In this document: piece by piece, positions 28,673-37,619 of the stretch
How the letters are laid out: each line of letters starts with the position of its first letter
Numbering within the stretch: the first letter of the stretch is position 1
From: Candidatus Omnitrophota bacterium
Lineage (GTDB): Bacteria > Omnitrophota > Gorgyraeia > Zapsychrales > Fredricksoniimonadaceae
Assembly (NCBI GenBank): GCA_903944345.1
Contig: CAJARJ010000005.1
Coordinates: 71,890 to 135,889 of the forward strand
Length of the DNA: 64,000 nt
Direction: 5' to 3'
Notes under the pieces: model-generated
What the model was told of the DNA's origin: nothing
Seen by the model: only the letters and a program-made list of their open reading frames with translations
The model's database searches: none
Program-made: the position numbers and the translations under genes

Positions 28673-29782
28673 ATGGAAACAGAAAAGAAAGAAATCGATC
28701 AGAATAGAATGACCGGCATAAGTTTCTTTGAACGAAATCTGACGCTTTGGGTCATATTATGCATGATTTCTGGCATCCTTATCGGAAAGTTTCTTCCCGC
28801 CATTCCTAATGTTCTGGCCAGATTTGAATACGCCAAAGTTTCCATCCCTATCGCGGTTCTGATATGGTTCATGATCTATCCCATGATGATGAAAGTCGAT
28901 TTTACCAGCATCAAAAATGTCAGTAAAAACCCCAAGGGACTTTATGTCACCTGGATTGCTAACTGGTTAATCAAGCCATTTACCATGTTCGCTATTGCCG
29001 CGTTCTTCTTTTACGTTGTATTTAAATCGTTGATTCCAGCCGAATTGGCCAAACAGTATCTGGCTGGTGCCGTTTTGCTGGGGGCGGCGCCTTGCACAGC
29101 TATGGTCTTTGTCTGGAGCCATCTGACCAGAGGCAATGCCGCTTACACCGTGGTCCAGGTGGCTACTAATGACCTGATCATCCTTATCGCCTTCACCCCG
29201 ATTGTCGCTTTCTTGCTGGGCATGGGGGGGATCAGCATTCCCTGGGATACTCTCTTTTTATCAGTCTTTCTTTTTGTGGTTATTCCGCTAGTTGGGGGCA
29301 TACTGACACGAAACATCGTGATCAAAAGTAAAGGGGAGGAGTATTTCACGAACTCCTTTATTCCCAGGTTCAATAACGTGACGATTGGCGGCTTGCTGTT
29401 AACATTGATACTCATATTTTCCTTTCAGGGAGAGGTAATTCTTAATAATCCCCTGCATATCGCGTTGATCGCGGTGCCACTGATTATTCAAACATTTTTA
29501 ATCTTCTTCATATCCTATGACGCTTGCAGAAGGTTGAAATTATCGCATGATATTTCCGCACCCGCGGGCATGATCGGCGCTTCCAACTTTTTTGAACTCT
29601 CGGTGGCCGTAGCCATCACCCTGTTCGGTGCGTCATCTCCGGCTGTTCTGGCCACAATTGTGGGTGTATTGGTCGAAGTCCCTGTGATGCTTTTTCTGGT
29701 CAGAATTGCTAACCGGACAAAGTGCTGGTTTCCTGCTGATAAAAACCATCTTGATAAAGGAATATCATGTTCAAACGTATAG
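28673..29782 (+). CDS. acr3: ACR3-family arsenite efflux permease
   Basis: 369 aa with 10 transmembrane helices. N-terminus ..ISFFERNLTLWVILCMISGILIG.. and overall hydropathy match the Acr3/ArsB-Acr3 family. Confidence 0.8.
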   Translation: METEKKEIDQNRMTGISFFERNLTLWVILCMISGILIGKFLPAIPNVLARFEYAKVSIPIAVLIWFMIYPMMMKVDFTSIKNVSKNPKGLYVTWIANWLIKPFTMFAIAAFFFYVVFKSLIPAELAKQYLAGAVLLGAAPCTAMVFVWSHLTRGNAAYTVVQVATNDLIILIAFTPIVAFLLGMGGISIPWDTLFLSVFLFVVIPLVGGILTRNIVIKSKGEEYFTNSFIPRFNNVTIGGLLLTLILIFSFQGEVILNNPLHIALIAVPLIIQTFLIFFISYDACRRLKLSHDISAPAGMIGASNFFELSVAVAITLFGASSPAVLATIVGVLVEVPVMLFLVRIANRTKCWFPADKNHLDKGISCSNV

Positions 29783-30354
29783 TTTCCCACGACAGATATT
29801 TAAAAAGGATTGCCTTTTGTTGCATCATCATGATAGTTGCGGCGAATTTGTCTGTCAGAGCACAGGAGGTTCCGATGAATATCTATTTGTTAAATATGCA
29901 GCAAATCGACGGGGAAACAGTATCGCTGGAGAAATACCGGGGGAAGGTTCTTCTGATCGTCAATACGGCCTCACGCTGTGGATTTACTCCTCAATATAAA
30001 GAACTTGAGGAACTGTACCTGCGTTACAAGGACCGTGGTTTTGTTGTCCTGGCTTTCCCCGCCAACAACTTTATGGGGCAGGAGCCGGGAAACAACGAGG
30101 AAATCCGGAATTTTTGCGAGCTGAAGTACAAGACCACATTCCCTTTGTTTGCAAAAACCAGTGTCAAAGGGCCGGAAATCAATCCACTTTTCAAGTTTTT
30201 GACCGAAGACTCTGCTTTTAAAGGTCCGATAAGCTGGAATTTCAACAAATTTCTGGTCGACAGTAACGGACAAGTCATCGCCCGTTACGACAGCCGCGTA
30301 AAACCGCTCGATTCCGAAGTCGTCACGACGATCGAAAAAGCTTTACCAAACTGA
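29767..30354 (+). CDS. Glutathione peroxidase-family thiol peroxidase, probably periplasmic (BtuE-like)
   Basis: GPx catalytic Cys motif NTASRCGFTPQYKELEELY plus FPANNF..QEPG and WNFNKFLV. It has an N-terminal signal-like extension and a 16-nt overlap with acr3, so it is the last gene of the ars operon. Confidence 0.75.
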   Translation: MFKRIVSHDRYLKRIAFCCIIMIVAANLSVRAQEVPMNIYLLNMQQIDGETVSLEKYRGKVLLIVNTASRCGFTPQYKELEELYLRYKDRGFVVLAFPANNFMGQEPGNNEEIRNFCELKYKTTFPLFAKTSVKGPEINPLFKFLTEDSAFKGPISWNFNKFLVDSNGQVIARYDSRVKPLDSEVVTTIEKALPN

Positions 30355-30483
30355 GGATCTATGCCGAAATTCCCATCATCCCTTCAACCCTTGTTTTTTA
30401 TACAAATTCATGTTAAACTTGGAGCGTCAACCTGAAATTTTTTTCTAAAAAACCCCGGGCTAAAACCTGAAAAAGGCAAGACC

Positions 30484-31893
30484 ATGAGAAACAGACCATT
30501 TAATCCAGCCGCTTTGATCTCTCTTTTTGCTCCTAAAGTCATTTTCCTTGTGCTCTTCCTTTTACAGACCATTTTCCCGGTCAGCTTGCAGGCATCGCTG
30601 GCATTACCTAATGCCGGCAATCTCCCTGTTCCGGGAACAGCGCTAAACTTTACCGGATCATTTGATCCTTTGATCTTCAAAGGCATGATTGTGCACCCCG
30701 AAAATCCCTGGCTTTTTGATTTTATCCTCAATATCGGACATGTCCAGCCTGGGGAGGACGAACTCAAAGATGAAGGTCTTAAAATGATTCGGTATTTTCT
30801 CTCTGCCTTGACCATTCCCGAAAAGGAAATCTGGGTTAACCTTTCACCCTTCGAGAAGGACCGCATCACATCCGCCAACCTGGCGGAAACTGAAATGGGC
30901 GACGAGCTTCTGGCCCAGGATTACCTTCTCAAACAACTGACCGCTTCGCTGCTCAGCCCCGATCACCCGGTGGGCAAAAAATTTTGGGACCGGGTCAACG
31001 AACGGACCGGCATTTCCCTTGGCAACGAGGATCGTCAGATCGAATCTTTCTCCAAGGTGTGGATCGCCCCGGAAAAAGCAATTGTGCGTGAAGATAATGA
31101 CAAGGTGTTTATTATTGAGAATCGCCTGAAAATTCTTCTGGAACAGGACTACAACGCCATGGCGCACAGCCGTTCCGTCGCGTCCTCAACCCTGGACGAA
31201 GTAGCACAGCAAACCCGGGACGCCATGCGTGAAATTATCATTCCGGAACTTGAACGGGAGATTAACAGCGGATCTACTTTTGCCAATCTCCGGCAGATTT
31301 TTAACTCCATGATCCTGGCGACCTGGTATAAACAATACCTCAGAGAGAGCATTCTCGGACAAAGCTACGCCGATAAAGCCCTGCTGGGCGGTGTTTTAAC
31401 CACTGATCCGCAGATGAACGAAAAAATCTTTGAACGCTACGTGGAGTCTTACACCAAAGGGGTAGGCGATGCCATACGCGAAGAGCTGGATCCCGTGACC
31501 AAAGAACTTGTGCCGCGCCGTTATGTTCTGGGTGGTATCGATATGGAGTCCATGCCCAGGCTGATGGTTACAGACAATAGCCAGACTCCAAACCTGCCTG
31601 GTTTCATTTACATTGTCGAGGCTGTTATGGGCAATGCCCCTAGGATACGTGAAAGACATGTTCCGGCAGAAGACGCCAGAATAGCGCCAGAGAGTGCTCT
31701 TCCCGGACAGGATCCGGTCGGTGGTTTTGCTTTCTCTTCGAAAGACTTGTCCACCCAGGTGGTTGGTTCGGGCGTTCGCCGCTTTGTTCCAGGCTCGGCA
31801 GTTCCGCTGGAAGGGCTTAGCCCGGTACGTTTACTGATTTACAAAATTACCAAGGATGCTTTAATGTCAGGTGGGCCGCTAAAAGGCCGTTGA
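30484..31893 (+). CDS. Secreted hypothetical protein, short paralogue of 1421..3997
   Basis: Signal peptide. 469 aa collinear with the N-terminal 430 aa of the 1421 ORF (FDPLIFKGMIVHP.., WVNLSPFEKDRI, LLAQDYLLKQLTASLL, NLRQIFNSMILATWYKQYLRESILG). It lacks the HExxH-containing C-terminal half. Confidence 0.7.
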   Translation: MRNRPFNPAALISLFAPKVIFLVLFLLQTIFPVSLQASLALPNAGNLPVPGTALNFTGSFDPLIFKGMIVHPENPWLFDFILNIGHVQPGEDELKDEGLKMIRYFLSALTIPEKEIWVNLSPFEKDRITSANLAETEMGDELLAQDYLLKQLTASLLSPDHPVGKKFWDRVNERTGISLGNEDRQIESFSKVWIAPEKAIVREDNDKVFIIENRLKILLEQDYNAMAHSRSVASSTLDEVAQQTRDAMREIIIPELEREINSGSTFANLRQIFNSMILATWYKQYLRESILGQSYADKALLGGVLTTDPQMNEKIFERYVESYTKGVGDAIREELDPVTKELVPRRYVLGGIDMESMPRLMVTDNSQTPNLPGFIYIVEAVMGNAPRIRERHVPAEDARIAPESALPGQDPVGGFAFSSKDLSTQVVGSGVRRFVPGSAVPLEGLSPVRLLIYKITKDALMSGGPLKGR

Positions 31894-31933
31894 TCCCGGT
31901 TAGAAAATAACCGATATTATTTGGTGAAAACAT

Positions 31934-31962
31934 TGCCTGGCGTCCGAAAATAGAGTATAATT
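31934..31962 (+). promoter_or_regulatory. Sigma70-type promoter (TTGCCT-17 bp-TATAAT)
   Basis: -35 TTGCCT at 31934-31939, a 17-bp spacer and a consensus -10 TATAAT at 31957-31962, in a gene-free gap. Confidence 0.45.
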
Positions 31963-32048
31963 TATCAAGTCAAACGTTAGTTGTTAAAGAAGCGTATTTC
32001 AGTGGTCGCAGCGTTGTATTCAGGACTCTTTAAAGAAAGGATCAAGCC

Positions 32049-32138
32049 ATGGGTGAGTGGAAAGAAGACAAGCCTATCAAGATCAATCAGGCTCAGAGAG
32101 AGATCTTCGGTTGGGATAATATTGATATTCTGATCTAG
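32049..32138 (+). CDS. Candidate small ORF (29 aa, MGEWKEDKPIKINQAQREIFGWDNIDILI) or body of an sRNA
   Basis: AAAGGA ribosome-binding site 8 nt upstream of the ATG. It sits between a consensus promoter and a strong terminator, is below the size cut-off of the ORF track, and has no homology I recognise. Confidence 0.3.
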   Translation: MGEWKEDKPIKINQAQREIFGWDNIDILI

Positions 32139-32165
32139 GATTATTGCTTGTCATTTGCTGAGTCA

Positions 32166-32206
32166 AAAGAAAGCCCTTCATATATATGAAGGGCTTTCTT
32201 GTTTTT
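32166..32206. terminator. Strong bidirectional rho-independent terminator (17-bp perfect palindrome)
   Basis: aaagaaagcccttcatat/atatgaagggctttctt followed by ttgttttt on the plus strand and ttttgac on the minus strand. It ends both the small unit and nrdB. Confidence 0.7.
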
Positions 32207-33233
32207 AGAAATCCCATGTTCCGTTCATGGAACTGCTTTGAGTATAGTTGGTTACCGTTGACTCGAAAAAGTTGGTCTTTTCGCTGTTATTGTCGGCCAT
32301 AGCCTCAAGATGCTTGTAAGGGTTAGTCACCACCTCAGGGAACAAGGGAGCAATATTCAGGCTTTCCAGCCGGGTATTGGCGAGCCAGCGGGTGTAAATG
32401 CCAGTCGTCTTGTCGGTAATGCCCGGGATCTGGTTGCCTAAAATGTGCTGCCCCCAGGCGATCTCCTGCGCCACCGCTTCACTGAACATTTCCAGAACAA
32501 CTTTCTCATCGTACATGCCGGGGAACTCCCGGCGGATTTCCTTGATAATATTGGTAAAAAGCACCACATGCGTCAACTCGTCGCGGCGAATATAATTGAT
32601 CATGCGTCCGGTGGCAATCATTTTCGAAGCATAGCCAAGATTATCAAAAAACGCAAAACCGTTATAGAAATAAAGACTTTCCAGCAGAAAGTTGCCGATC
32701 AGCGCCCGAAAAAAAGTTTTCTCACCAGGATTATCGTGAAAATCCTGGTATATCCGTCCGATATACTCGTTTCTGCCAAGAAGTATCTTGTCATCCCGCC
32801 AGAAATAATAAATTTCGTCCCGTTCCCGTGCCTCGACAACTGTTTCAAGAATTGTTGTATAACTCTGGGAATGAATAGCTTCCTGGAACGACTGTATAGA
32901 AAGCAGCAGGTTGACCTCGGGAGAGGTAATGTAGTCAGAAAAATGGGGCAGATTCACTGTCTGAATACTGTCGAGAAAGGTAAGAAAAGAAAGCATCCCT
33001 TTATAAGCGCGTTTCTCAGCCGCCGAAAGAGTCGGATACATGGTTGCATCATCGGTCAGTCCGCCGACTTTCTCGGGAACCCAGAAATTTCCGATCATAA
33101 CCGGATACATGGAACGCGCCCAGGGATATTTGACCGCGTTCAGATTGAACAACCCGGTTGTATTACCTTTGATAATGGTACGCTCATTAACGGAGTCGTC
33201 CCCATTCGGATTGAATATCAGATTTTGTTTCAT
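32205..33233 (-). CDS. nrdB: Ribonucleotide reductase class Ia beta subunit (R2)
   Basis: Di-iron and radical-site motifs (FQEAIHSQSYTTI, ..EGIFF-like..). The start is moved to the ATG at 33233 (MKQNLIFNP..) with AGGAGA 6 nt upstream. The track start 33314 would overlap nrdA. Confidence 0.85.
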   Translation of the reverse strand: MKQNLIFNPNGDDSVNERTIIKGNTTGLFNLNAVKYPWARSMYPVMIGNFWVPEKVGGLTDDATMYPTLSAAEKRAYKGMLSFLTFLDSIQTVNLPHFSDYITSPEVNLLLSIQSFQEAIHSQSYTTILETVVEARERDEIYYFWRDDKILLGRNEYIGRIYQDFHDNPGEKTFFRALIGNFLLESLYFYNGFAFFDNLGYASKMIATGRMINYIRRDELTHVVLFTNIIKEIRREFPGMYDEKVVLEMFSEAVAQEIAWGQHILGNQIPGITDKTTGIYTRWLANTRLESLNIAPLFPEVVTNPYKHLEAMADNNSEKTNFFESTVTNYTQSSSMNGTWDF

Positions 33234-33276
33234 AAGATTCTCCTGAAGGCTTTTCAATGTTTCTTCGAAATTGATT

Positions 33277-35907
33277 CTATCCGCTGCAACTGACGCAGGA
33301 TTCCTGAACCTCACCGCTCATGCTGCGCAAATAATAGACTGTTTTGATGCCTGCTTTCCAGGCTTTAAAATAATATCCGTAAAGTTCAGCCGGAGAAGTC
33401 TTGGCCGGATTAATAAGCCATTCAAAAGAAATGGACTGGTCAATCCATTTATAAACCACGGCGATCATGTCGATCACCTCGTTCATGTCCATATGAACGT
33501 ATTCCTTGTAATACCAGAAATTGTCTTGTGACAAATTCGGAGCCACAGTCACTATCGGAGCAATGGCATTGGTCTCTACAAAGAATTTCTTGTAGATCGG
33601 AAGAAGCCCGGCTGTGGTGCCCACAACCGCAGCGGTGGAAGTGTTGGGAGCAGGGGCAAGATGATAGGCAAAACGCAACCCGTCTTTTTTGACCGCCTCA
33701 ATGAGCGCTTGCCATTTCTCGGGCTGACGTGAATTATTCTTGAACCAGGCGGCATCATGCCCAAGCAGTATCCCCTTGGACCAGTCGCTACCGGGAAAAA
33801 GTTCGTAGGCTCCGCGTTCACGGGCAAGGTCATTGGAGCTGAGCATGGTCTGGTAAGCGTATTTCTCAAAAAGTTCATCCACATGATTACGAGCGTCCTG
33901 GGTGCCATAATTCAGCTGATGGCAGGCAAGGTACTCGGCCAACCCCATAAACCCCAGACCGATACTGCGGTATTTCCGGGCTGTCACCTCGGATTCCTTG
34001 ATCGGATAGAAATTAAGGGTAATAACATTATCAAGGACTCGCAGAGCGATGGGAATGACTTGCCGGATGTCCTCATCGCAATGCACTTTGGCCACATTAA
34101 TCGAGGCCAGATTACACACAACTGTCTCACCGGGAGAATACTCAAGGGTGACCTTTCCGTCCTGAAAAGTTTCCTGCAAAAACTTTGCGTCGGTCGTGTT
34201 CTGGCATATCTCGGTACATAACTGGGTCGAATACACATTGCCGGCATGTTTATTAGGATTGGCGGCATTCACCGTATCGCGAAAGAAAACATAAGGCATG
34301 CCGGTCTCGACAGCGGTCTTGAGAAAGCGCTTCATGATATCTTTGGCTGGCATAACTGTCTTGAGCGTAATCTGCGGATCCTGCTCGCAATCCTGGTAGA
34401 AGGAACTGAAAGCTTGCCCGAAAGAATCCTCCAGCCGGCGGCCTTTTTTCTTGTAAATTTCATGCGGATCAAACAAAGTCCAGTCCTGACCCGAGGCTAC
34501 CCGTTCCATGAACAGATCCGGAACGGAAATAGCCGGAAAAATGTCGAAAGCTTTCGCACGGATATCGCCAGTTTCAGTCTGAAGGTTAAGAAAATCCAGA
34601 ATATCCTTGTGCCAGACGTCCAGAGTAGGGGAGATAGCCCCCAGGCGGGAGCCGAGCTGATTGACAGCTGCGGCAGTATTATTGATAAGCCGAACCCAGG
34701 GAATAACTCCACCGGAGGCTCCCTTCATTTCCCGGATAGCTGCCCCCTTGGAGCGGACATGCCCGAGATAAACCCCGACACCCCCGCCAAACTTGGAAAT
34801 CTGGGCCATGTTCTCGAAAGAATGATAAATGGCACGCAAGTCGTCGTTGACGTTGAGCTTGAAACAGCTGGATAACTGGTGAAAATTGGTCCGGGCATTC
34901 AAAAGCGTCGGAGTCGGCAGGGACAATTTCTGTGTCGAGGTAACCTCGTATATGTCCAACGCCACCGCAAGCCGCTTGTTTGCCGGTTCCGGAATGGCCA
35001 GAAACAGCGCAATAGCCATATACATTTCCTGGGGAAGCTCGCGGATATCCCGGTTCGGATTAAGCAGATAGCGCCGGTCAAAAGCCAGCACTGTGGAATG
35101 AATATAGGTAAAATCACGTTCCTTGTTTAAGGCACGTCCCGCCGCCAAAATATCTTCACGGGAGTAATGCTCAAAAAAATTGGCCGAATAACGCCCCATC
35201 TTGACGTAATGTTCAAAATGCGCAAGAAAAGTTTCCGGGGAGTATACCTCCCGAATAGGAAACGCCCTGTTTCTGGAGGCTGATTTGTAAAGATCCATGA
35301 CATAAAGACGTCCGGCAATCAGCTGCCAGTTGATACTGTTAACGGTCACCAGATCCAGGCAGGCCTTGCGCATATTCTTCAGGATCTGTGTAGTGGCTAT
35401 ATGATCGGTCAGCGTCAGCTTGAGCAGTTCGTACAATTGCTCAAAATCACATTCTTTCTCAAAACCGGCAGCAGCAACAGCAAATGTCCGGCGCACCTTG
35501 TCAACCTTGAAAATCTGGGTCTGGCCGCCGCGCTTGGTAACGCGCAGTAGCTGCTGATCGATCTTTTTCAGTTCATCTATCCGCTGCTCAGCTCTTAATC
35601 TGGCATGCTCAGCCCGATAAAGAATGTAATTACGGGCAATCTCAAAACGTCCGGCCTCAACCAGTTTGGATTCGACAATATCCTGGATGTCCTCGACAGT
35701 AATCAGGCGTTCCTGCCGGGAGAAACGCAGTTCCGCTTCCTGGGTAATTTCCACAACCAGCCCGGGAATATAGGAGGAATCCAGATGATGATACTCAGGA
35801 GCGGATTTCTGTGTAGCTGCAGTTGCCAGACGCAGGGCATTGGCAATGCGCTCGGCATCGAAATCAACAACATCACCGTTACGTTTCTGAAGCTTTTCGA
35901 TAGACAT
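33277..35907 (-). CDS. nrdA: Ribonucleotide reductase class Ia alpha subunit with two N-terminal ATP-cone domains
   Basis: 876 aa. Two ATP-cone signatures (VVDFDAERIANAL.., ..KRGGQTQIFKVDKVRRT..), the catalytic core (GGGVGVYLGHVRSKGA, CNLASINV), and a C-terminal redox Cys pair (..ESCVSCSG) diagnostic of class I. Confidence 0.9.
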   Translation of the reverse strand: MSIEKLQKRNGDVVDFDAERIANALRLATAATQKSAPEYHHLDSSYIPGLVVEITQEAELRFSRQERLITVEDIQDIVESKLVEAGRFEIARNYILYRAEHARLRAEQRIDELKKIDQQLLRVTKRGGQTQIFKVDKVRRTFAVAAAGFEKECDFEQLYELLKLTLTDHIATTQILKNMRKACLDLVTVNSINWQLIAGRLYVMDLYKSASRNRAFPIREVYSPETFLAHFEHYVKMGRYSANFFEHYSREDILAAGRALNKERDFTYIHSTVLAFDRRYLLNPNRDIRELPQEMYMAIALFLAIPEPANKRLAVALDIYEVTSTQKLSLPTPTLLNARTNFHQLSSCFKLNVNDDLRAIYHSFENMAQISKFGGGVGVYLGHVRSKGAAIREMKGASGGVIPWVRLINNTAAAVNQLGSRLGAISPTLDVWHKDILDFLNLQTETGDIRAKAFDIFPAISVPDLFMERVASGQDWTLFDPHEIYKKKGRRLEDSFGQAFSSFYQDCEQDPQITLKTVMPAKDIMKRFLKTAVETGMPYVFFRDTVNAANPNKHAGNVYSTQLCTEICQNTTDAKFLQETFQDGKVTLEYSPGETVVCNLASINVAKVHCDEDIRQVIPIALRVLDNVITLNFYPIKESEVTARKYRSIGLGFMGLAEYLACHQLNYGTQDARNHVDELFEKYAYQTMLSSNDLARERGAYELFPGSDWSKGILLGHDAAWFKNNSRQPEKWQALIEAVKKDGLRFAYHLAPAPNTSTAAVVGTTAGLLPIYKKFFVETNAIAPIVTVAPNLSQDNFWYYKEYVHMDMNEVIDMIAVVYKWIDQSISFEWLINPAKTSPAELYGYYFKAWKAGIKTVYYLRSMSGEVQESCVSCSG

Positions 35908-36015
35908 GATTTTCCTTTTATAAATTATAAATCAAGACCGGCTTTTCGAAGACTCATATTGTATGCCAAACAGGCAGAACGCGGCAAGCGTTTTCAAGTT
36001 ATTTTTCGACTTATA

Positions 36016-36630
36016 TCAATTCTGTGCCATATTTTCTGGTCTGGAATATTCACACCCGCAATAACGCTGACGGTAAAACTTTTCTCTGTTGCTGACCTGG
36101 TTAATCAATTTCTGCATTGCCGGCGTTTGCCAGTTGCATTCCAGAAATTTCAACCCCGGATAGACAGCGGCAGCCTTGAGTCCGCTGGCATGTACCTGGG
36201 AACGGTCTTTCCATCGGGAAACAGCATTGGTCGTAGCAAAAGTTTCAAAGCCGTTCTGATAAGCATACCGGGCCGTACACGCAAGACGCAGATCGAAACA
36301 TAAAGAACAGCGTGTCCCGCGCTCCGGAGCCTGTTCATGTCCCTTGACGGCATCCAGCCAGCAGGCATGATCATAATCGGCATCAATGAAAGAAAGTCCC
36401 AGACGCTGGATATAGGCCAGCAGGGAAGCTTTGCGCAACTCATATTCGTCCCGGGGATAAATATTGGGATTATAGAAAAAGACTGCCGGACGAATGTTAT
36501 CCTGCAAAAAAGACTCGATAACCCCGCCGCAGCAGGGCGCGCAACATGCATGCAAAAGAAGTTTTCCGGATTTCTGATCAGACATACCGCCGAAGTCCCG
36601 CTGGTTCCAAACAAACGGATTATACAGCAA
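36016..36630 (-). CDS. queH: Epoxyqueuosine reductase QueH (DUF208)
   Basis: KLLLHACCAPCCGGVIE.. plus downstream CSLCFDLRL and YCGCEYS Cys motifs typical of QueH. The start could be 36630 or the ATG at 36585. Confidence 0.65.
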   Translation of the reverse strand: MLYNPFVWNQRDFGGMSDQKSGKLLLHACCAPCCGGVIESFLQDNIRPAVFFYNPNIYPRDEYELRKASLLAYIQRLGLSFIDADYDHACWLDAVKGHEQAPERGTRCSLCFDLRLACTARYAYQNGFETFATTNAVSRWKDRSQVHASGLKAAAVYPGLKFLECNWQTPAMQKLINQVSNREKFYRQRYCGCEYSRPENMAQN

Positions 36631-36696
36631 TCATTACAGAATGCAAAAAAAGTGTTCACGATTTGTCTTTGGAAAGCATGATGGTATACTAACGCC

Positions 36697-37572
36697 ATGC
36701 CACGTTACCTGAATATCGCTTTGCTCCTTTCTTTAATTCTCGTCCCTTGCACTTTTGCCGCGCAGGGGAGTGACGGCATCGACTTTACCATTTCCCGCTC
36801 AACGACAGGTTTCTGGGAGAAGTCCAGACATCACTTGGCTAACGACTGGGTCAGCCATCTGCCGGACGACAACAAAAAGCTGGAGTATATCGCGATCACC
36901 TACACGCTCACCAACAACAACGAAAACCGTAAACTGGATCTCAGCGAAGGCTTCAATTTCTTTCTTCAGGACGAGTTCGGAAATACGTATCGCCGCATTA
37001 AAAAGCCGGCGGGCTATTCTGCGCCAGTTATTCTTGTGGCAAAAAACTTTCCCAGCCTGTATCCCGGCGAATCCTACGGCGAGACTCTCTTTTTTGAAGC
37101 GCCACTTGCCAAGGCCTCCCGTGTAACACTGCTCATCGATGCAAATGCTGTCGGGATCAAGGACAAAATTTCTCTTGCGGTTAACGGACACCCGGAATCA
37201 TCCCTGCCATCCCCCCGGGAACCGGTTTCACCTAAAGTCCATGAAGACCGTTGTCCTATAACAATCACTTCTCCGGAGAACGGGGCCACTCTGGACACAA
37301 CCCGTCCCGTACGCATACAGGTGAGTGTTGAACCCGAGCAAATCCCGGATCGCATTCTGATCACCGGCCCAGGATTTTCCGCCAGTGATCCATCGCCCAA
37401 GGCCAAGAACACCTACGACTTTATGGTTCCCCCCGAACAGTCTGCCGGGATACAGGTCATTAACGTATCCGCAGAATGGGCTGACACGTCCACCAGATTG
37501 CCTGGCTGCTCCGACAATATTTTTGTTTATATCAACAATCCTTCCAGCACCGGACCGGTAGAGAAGCAGTGA
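36697..37572 (+). CDS. Secreted hypothetical protein
   Basis: Signal peptide MPRYLNIALLLSLILVPCTFAAQG. No motifs recognised. Confidence 0.5.
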   Translation: MPRYLNIALLLSLILVPCTFAAQGSDGIDFTISRSTTGFWEKSRHHLANDWVSHLPDDNKKLEYIAITYTLTNNNENRKLDLSEGFNFFLQDEFGNTYRRIKKPAGYSAPVILVAKNFPSLYPGESYGETLFFEAPLAKASRVTLLIDANAVGIKDKISLAVNGHPESSLPSPREPVSPKVHEDRCPITITSPENGATLDTTRPVRIQVSVEPEQIPDRILITGPGFSASDPSPKAKNTYDFMVPPEQSAGIQVINVSAEWADTSTRLPGCSDNIFVYINNPSSTGPVEKQ

Positions 37573-37619
37573 GACGAAATGCGGATATGCTATACTTTCT
37601 GCAAGTGAGGACTGTTTAT

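Noticed and set aside
33277-35907. My first reading of the large RNR as a class II (B12-dependent) enzyme
   Set aside because: The C-terminal CxxC tail and an adjacent di-iron NrdB show it is class Ia.
35908-36015. Possible NrdR boxes or a palindrome (tttataaattataaa) upstream of nrdA
   Set aside because: No pair of 16-bp boxes with the expected spacing could be convincingly matched by eye, and no nrdR gene is in the window.
36150-36698. 182-aa minus-strand ORF overlapping queH in another frame
   Set aside because: It overlaps the QueH frame, which has the diagnostic CAPC and Cys motifs, and it has no ribosome-binding site.
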